From NCBI GenBank assembly GCA_037139835.1, contig JBAXFQ010000001.1, forward strand, positions 12,780 to 76,779: DNA of 64,000 nt, written 5' to 3'. The stretch comes from Candidatus Nomurabacteria bacterium (GTDB lineage: Bacteria; Patescibacteriota; Minisyncoccia; Phycocordibacterales; UBA9973). Position 1 is the stretch's first letter. The number at the start of each line of letters is the position of its first letter. Shown here one piece after another: positions 59,574 to 64,000 of the stretch. The notes under the pieces are model-generated. The model saw only the letters and a list, made by a program, of their open reading frames with translations. It ran no database searches and was not told the origin of the DNA. The position numbers and the translations under genes are program-made.

Positions 59574-60584
59574 TTAATTTATCTCTATATCTACGTAAGC
59601 TATCTCTGGAAATTTTTCTTTTATTCTTTTTTCTATTTCATCTATTCGTGTGCCCACAAGACGGGGTATGCGATCTGTAGTTTTGAACATAAGTTTTGTA
59701 AATTCTTTAAAACTATTTTTTATCTTATCGAATTCTTCTTTTAAATCTCCTGCATCATAGATCTCTTCATAGAGAGGAGTGCCGTTCCATTCAACCGTTG
59801 TATATATTCTATATTTATTAATATCAACTGCTACTGATTTAAATTCTGAGATATTTTCTATACAAGGGTCTGCTAATAATAATTCAGTTATTTCTTCTGT
59901 TGTTTCTTCACTCAAAGATTTACCTATTATATATTGATGATTTTTAAGGATTAATAATACAGCTAAAAAGCCTAAGATGAGGCCGACTAGGATACCCCCT
60001 ATAGAGTCATATATATTATTACCTGTTAGATGCATTAATACTTGAGCTCCAAGTGCTACAAAGACACCAAGAACGGCAGCTCCATCTTCGTAAACTACAG
60101 CTAGAGTTACTGGGTCAGCTTCTGCAAAAATTTCTTTTGAAAGTTTTTGTTCACCTTTTAATTCTTTAATAGCAATAAATAGAGTTATACTCTCAACTAT
60201 TAAAGATATAAATAAAACTGAAAGAGTAAAATAATTATAATTATGAGTTGTATTAGTTATTCCATTTTTGATAAGTGAGTCTATTGAATGATAAACAGTT
60301 ACTCCGGCTCCTATGAAAAGAATTCCACAAGCAGAAATAAGAGACCAAAAGAATCTTTCAATACCATATCCGTACCCTCTAGATTCATCTGCTGGCCTCT
60401 TTGATCTCTTAAGTCCGATAAGTAGCAGAGATTGATTTAAAGTATCAGCCAAACTATGTACACTTTCAGCAAACATCGAAGTGGAACCAGATGATATTGC
60501 TACAAAAGTCTTTATAATTGTGACAAAAATATTACCAAAAAATGCTGTAACTACTGAATGATTTCCTTCCTTTTTGTGTGGCAT
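59574..60584 (-). CDS. Cation diffusion facilitator (CDF) family transporter
   Basis: Six TM helices with an HSLADT-type motif and a C-terminal cytoplasmic domain. Confidence 0.75.
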   Translation of the reverse strand: MPHKKEGNHSVVTAFFGNIFVTIIKTFVAISSGSTSMFAESVHSLADTLNQSLLLIGLKRSKRPADESRGYGYGIERFFWSLISACGILFIGAGVTVYHSIDSLIKNGITNTTHNYNYFTLSVLFISLIVESITLFIAIKELKGEQKLSKEIFAEADPVTLAVVYEDGAAVLGVFVALGAQVLMHLTGNNIYDSIGGILVGLILGFLAVLLILKNHQYIIGKSLSEETTEEITELLLADPCIENISEFKSVAVDINKYRIYTTVEWNGTPLYEEIYDAGDLKEEFDKIKNSFKEFTKLMFKTTDRIPRLVGTRIDEIEKRIKEKFPEIAYVDIEIN

Positions 60585-60704
60585 GAGATGGATTATAACA
60601 TATATAATAGTAGTCTTCCATGTAAGTAATCTTTATAGATTGATTACAATCTAATAAAACTGGAGTATAATATCGTTATATATAATTAATAGTAAAATAT
60701 TCTT

Positions 60705-62024
60705 ATGAAAATATATTACGGAGATGAAACTAAAAAGGCTTTGAAAAATTTTCCTTTTTCTAATCATAAAACAAATATAGACTTTATTATGTCTATTGTT
60801 TTGTTAAAAAAAGTTGCAGCGATAGCAAATTATAAATCTGGGAATCTAAATTTAAACATCAAGGATGCTATTGTTAAATCTTGCAACATTATTCTACTAG
60901 GCGGTTATGAAAACCAATTCCTTATATCTTACTTGCAAGGAGGAGCTGGTACTGCAAGTAATATGAATGTGAATGAGGTTATTGCAAATATGGCCAGTGA
61001 AATTTTAAAAGGAAAGATCAAGGTTCATCCAAACGATCATGTAAATATGAGCCAGTCGACAAATGATATAAATCCTTCAGCTCTTAAAATATCTACTTAT
61101 AATTTACTGAAAGAGCTCAATATTAAATTGTTGTCTTTAGTTTCTTCCTTGAATATAAAGTCCAAGGAATTTAAAAATATAAAAAAGCTTGGTCGTACAC
61201 ATTTACAAGATGCTGTTCCTACTACAATGGGAGCAGAATTCCTAGCTTATTCAGAAAATCTAAAAAGACATATTCCTTTAATAAAATTATCAGAAAATTT
61301 ATCTAAGGTTTTAAATTTGGGAGGTACTGCTATAGGGAATTCTATAAATGCAAATAATATATATATAAAAGAAGTTTATAAAGAATTAAATAATGAGACC
61401 AAAACCAAATTTTTGAAAGCAGATAATCTAATGTCTAAAACAAGCAGTCAGGTTGATTTTTTGATTATATCCCAGACAATAACGTCATTGTGTGTAGATC
61501 TTTCAAAGATTGCCAATGATCTCCGCTTCATGTCATCAGGGCCTAATGGAGCAATAGGAGAAATAATTTTACCAGAATTACAAAAAGGTTCTTCTATAAT
61601 GCCTGGTAAAGTAAATCCAGTTATACCAGAAACTGTAAATCAATTATATTATTTAGTTTCAGGTAATAATGTTTCGATAGAAAAGGCTGTTGAGAGTTCT
61701 CAAATGGAACTGGGTGTGATGCTTCCTATTATTGTCGATAAGCTGATTGATTCTATTAAAATTACAGGAGAGGTAATCAATCAATTTGATTTCTTGTGTA
61801 TAAGAGGAATAAAAGTAAATAAAGAAAAATGTATATATCACCTAGAATGCTCAACTGCTTATGCTACATTATTAGTCCCTCGTTTGGGATATGATTTAGT
61901 TTCTTCTCTTGTTAAAAAATCATTAATTAATAATAAAACATTGAGAGAAATGGTAGTAAGCGAAAAATACTTAAGTGAGGAAGAATTCAATAATATTATA
62001 AATTATAAACATTTATTGGGATAA
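60705..62024 (+). CDS. Aspartate ammonia-lyase / class-II fumarase family lyase
   Basis: Fumarate-lyase signature GSSIMPGKVNPV. Confidence 0.75.
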   Translation: MKIYYGDETKKALKNFPFSNHKTNIDFIMSIVLLKKVAAIANYKSGNLNLNIKDAIVKSCNIILLGGYENQFLISYLQGGAGTASNMNVNEVIANMASEILKGKIKVHPNDHVNMSQSTNDINPSALKISTYNLLKELNIKLLSLVSSLNIKSKEFKNIKKLGRTHLQDAVPTTMGAEFLAYSENLKRHIPLIKLSENLSKVLNLGGTAIGNSINANNIYIKEVYKELNNETKTKFLKADNLMSKTSSQVDFLIISQTITSLCVDLSKIANDLRFMSSGPNGAIGEIILPELQKGSSIMPGKVNPVIPETVNQLYYLVSGNNVSIEKAVESSQMELGVMLPIIVDKLIDSIKITGEVINQFDFLCIRGIKVNKEKCIYHLECSTAYATLLVPRLGYDLVSSLVKKSLINNKTLREMVVSEKYLSEEEFNNIINYKHLLG

Positions 62025-62063
62025 ATTGGTTATATATTGCGTATTAGATGTATAATACAAAAC

Positions 62064-62639
62064 ATGATAGATCATAGTCTTTGTGGAGATAAAACAGATA
62101 ATGAATTAGTTGGTATGTCTTTAAAAGAGCCCGACCATTTTCTTTGTTTGTCTAAAAGATATGAGGACAAACTCTTAAGATATATTTTAAGAATTTCCAA
62201 ATTTAGTCGTGAGGATGCAGAAGATGTATTGCAAGATGTTTTTATTAAGACTTATTACAATCTAAATGGTTTTGACAAAGATTTACAATTTTCTTCTTGG
62301 GTGTATCGAATAGCACACAATGAAACAGTTAGTGCTATAAGAAAAAAAGTAGTAAGACCAACGATAGCATTGGAAGTTGAAGACTTAGAAAGATTTGGAG
62401 ATGCTTTTGATATGACAAAAGATATCGATAACTCATTTGATAGAAAGTATATCGATGAAGCACTTTCTAAGTTAGATGAAAAATATCGTGAAGTTTTAGT
62501 GTTAAGATTTTTAGATGAAAAAGATTATATAGAAATTGCTGATATCTTAAAAAAACCTGTAAGTACTATAGGAAATCTAATATTGCGGGGAAAGAAAATT
62601 TTTAAAGAAGAATATGAGAAATTAGTAATTAGTAAATAA
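62064..62639 (+). CDS. ECF-type sigma-70 family RNA polymerase sigma factor
   Basis: Region 2 (DVLQDVFIKTYYNL...FSSWVYRIAHN) and region 4 (YREVLVLRFLDEKDYIEIADIL). A TATAAT lies 7 nt before the ATG. The listed ORF starts at a TTG at 62037. Confidence 0.7.
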   Translation: MIDHSLCGDKTDNELVGMSLKEPDHFLCLSKRYEDKLLRYILRISKFSREDAEDVLQDVFIKTYYNLNGFDKDLQFSSWVYRIAHNETVSAIRKKVVRPTIALEVEDLERFGDAFDMTKDIDNSFDRKYIDEALSKLDEKYREVLVLRFLDEKDYIEIADILKKPVSTIGNLILRGKKIFKEEYEKLVISK

Positions 62640-62640
62640 T

Positions 62641-63378
62641 ATGGAAAACAAAAATATAAGCCAAATAGTTTTAGAAAGAATAAAAGGAGAAGGTATCAAA
62701 CCTATCTCTAAAAAAGTTTTTAATATAAAACGTGTTTTATTCTGGTTAGCAGTTGCTTTTTCTCTTGTTATTTCGGCTCTTGCTTTTTCATTGATTTTGT
62801 CTGCTTTGTTTAATAATGATTGGGATTTATATGGTAAATTCGGTTTTAGTTTTATATTAAAAACCTTACCATACTTTTGGTTAGTATCACTTCTTGTATT
62901 TATAATATTAGGAGAGTTTTACTATAGAAAAACTTCACTTGGTTATCGTAGAAATTTATCAATAATACTAGGTTTTTATCTTTTATATACAATCATTTTC
63001 GGTATAATGTTTTATTTTGTAGGAATTGGTAATTTTATAGAGCAGTCATTATTAGATAACGCACCCTCTTATAGTAATTATATTCTCAATAGGCATGAGG
63101 TTTGGCTTCATCCAGAAGAGGGACTACTTTCTGGAGAGATTGTTTTACTTGGAGATAATGAATTAGAATTAATTGATACAAATGGTTCTGTTTGGGTTAT
63201 AAATACAGAAGAAGCTTTTACTAATGGCGATGTTAAACTAGAAGTAGGGGAGAAAATAAAAATATTAGGAGATAAAGTAGAAGAAAATATATTTAATGCT
63301 GAAGAAATAAGGCCTTGGGTTGGTATCGGAATGAATAGTAAAAGAAAAGCTTTAAATATAACACCTGTTATACAATGA
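62641..63378 (+). CDS. Membrane protein co-transcribed with the ECF sigma factor (candidate anti-sigma / partner)
   Basis: Polytopic N-terminus followed by a soluble C-domain. Start is 2 nt after the sigma-factor stop. Confidence 0.4.
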   Translation: MENKNISQIVLERIKGEGIKPISKKVFNIKRVLFWLAVAFSLVISALAFSLILSALFNNDWDLYGKFGFSFILKTLPYFWLVSLLVFIILGEFYYRKTSLGYRRNLSIILGFYLLYTIIFGIMFYFVGIGNFIEQSLLDNAPSYSNYILNRHEVWLHPEEGLLSGEIVLLGDNELELIDTNGSVWVINTEEAFTNGDVKLEVGEKIKILGDKVEENIFNAEEIRPWVGIGMNSKRKALNITPVIQ

Positions 63379-63493
63379 GATAAAAATTTGTATTTTGCGT
63401 ACTAGTAAGTGTAAGCAATTGGATTGCTTATTAAAATTATAAATCTAAACATATTTATTTTGTAGTGTAAAACAAAATAAATTTTACAAAATT

Positions 63494-63817
63494 ATGAAAA
63501 ATAGAAATTCACTTATTATGAGCGGTTTATTAGCATTAACTTTAGGATTGGGTGTCTCAGGAACAGCATTTGCGGCTCAAGATTTTTCTAAAAAAAGTCC
63601 TTCATATAACCAAGTTTTTGATTCACAGATGGAGCAAGTTATGGCAAATGTTGATTATGATGGATGGAAACAATTGGTACTAAATACCACTGGTAATATT
63701 GACCCTATTATTACAGCAGATAATTTTCCTCAATTTGTAGAAGCATGGAAATTAGCAAAAGAAGGAAAGATAAAAGAAGCTAATAAAATAAGGAAAGAAC
63801 TAGGAATGAATAATTAA
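63494..63817 (+). CDS. Small secreted protein (signal peptide)
   Basis: MKNRNSLIMSGLLALTLGLGVSGTAFA. Confidence 0.4.
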   Translation: MKNRNSLIMSGLLALTLGLGVSGTAFAAQDFSKKSPSYNQVFDSQMEQVMANVDYDGWKQLVLNTTGNIDPIITADNFPQFVEAWKLAKEGKIKEANKIRKELGMNN

Positions 63818-63850
63818 GTAAAATAAAAATATTGTGTGTTTAAAAATAAG

Positions 63851-63884
63851 GCTATAATAGGCCTTATTTTTAGATTCACCCAAT
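63851..63884 (+). terminator. Rho-independent terminator
   Basis: aaaataaggc tataatag gccttatttt. Confidence 0.6.
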
Positions 63885-64000
63885 CTTAATGTATTGGTGT
63901 TATAATGTACCTATTATAAATAATAAATAGAATTATGGATTTAAATCGATGTAAGGTTAACTTCTGCGATATAAATTTATTTTTTAAAAATCATATATGA

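Overview
This is an AT-rich (~30% GC) bacterial window in standard code; RF2 is present and TGA is used as a stop. Gene content and layout resemble a reduced, CPR/Patescibacteria-like genome, which is an inference rather than a database result. Many genes carry a TGnTATAAT box about 6 nt before the ATG, so they look leaderless.

Main blocks, in order:
- 1-7.7 kb: recG, a CheY-like receiver plus a soluble histidine kinase, mscL, a GtrA-like protein, two divergent type-II (Ser-like) tRNAs, eno and a DksA/TraR-like protein.
- 8-11 kb: hypothetical, HAD-hydrolase and ATP-grasp genes.
- 11-28 kb: a complete type IV pilus / competence locus. It comprises comFC, pilM-N-O and an unknown gene, pilB, a receiver, pilT and pilC. 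These are followed by two tandem major-pilin paralogs, a four-gene glycosylation cassette, pilD and four minor pilins.
- 28-39 kb: ligA (with an unusual in-frame GC-rich insertion), gatC, gatA, a tRNA cluster, a cysteine-synthase-like gene, prfB, ftsE, ftsX and pyrG. The tRNA cluster holds Asp, two CAU tRNAs (one initiator-like) and two Thr genes, with decayed tRNA fragments among them.
- 39-48 kb: an accessory region. A LOG-family gene and a free-standing LAGLIDADG endonuclease sit beside tRNA-Gln. Downstream are small gene cassettes, four in succession preceded by a degenerate copy of the tRNA-Gln 3'-end sequence fused to a leaderless promoter. Cargo includes a pilin-headgroup homolog on a 3-TM anchor, P-loop and APH-like kinases, HIT, histidine phosphatase, a PurN-like formyltransferase, MazG-like and Nudix hydrolases, an ATL alkyltransferase-like protein and others.
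- 48-64 kb: AI-2E and VIT transporters, a peroxiredoxin, an unlisted rubredoxin, a two-component system, an ApbE / ferric-reductase-like / FNR-like trio, PAP2, an a/b-hydrolase, GT4, DedA and CDF genes, an aspartase/fumarase-family lyase, and an ECF sigma factor with a membrane partner.

No CRISPR array, integrase or transposase was found in this window.
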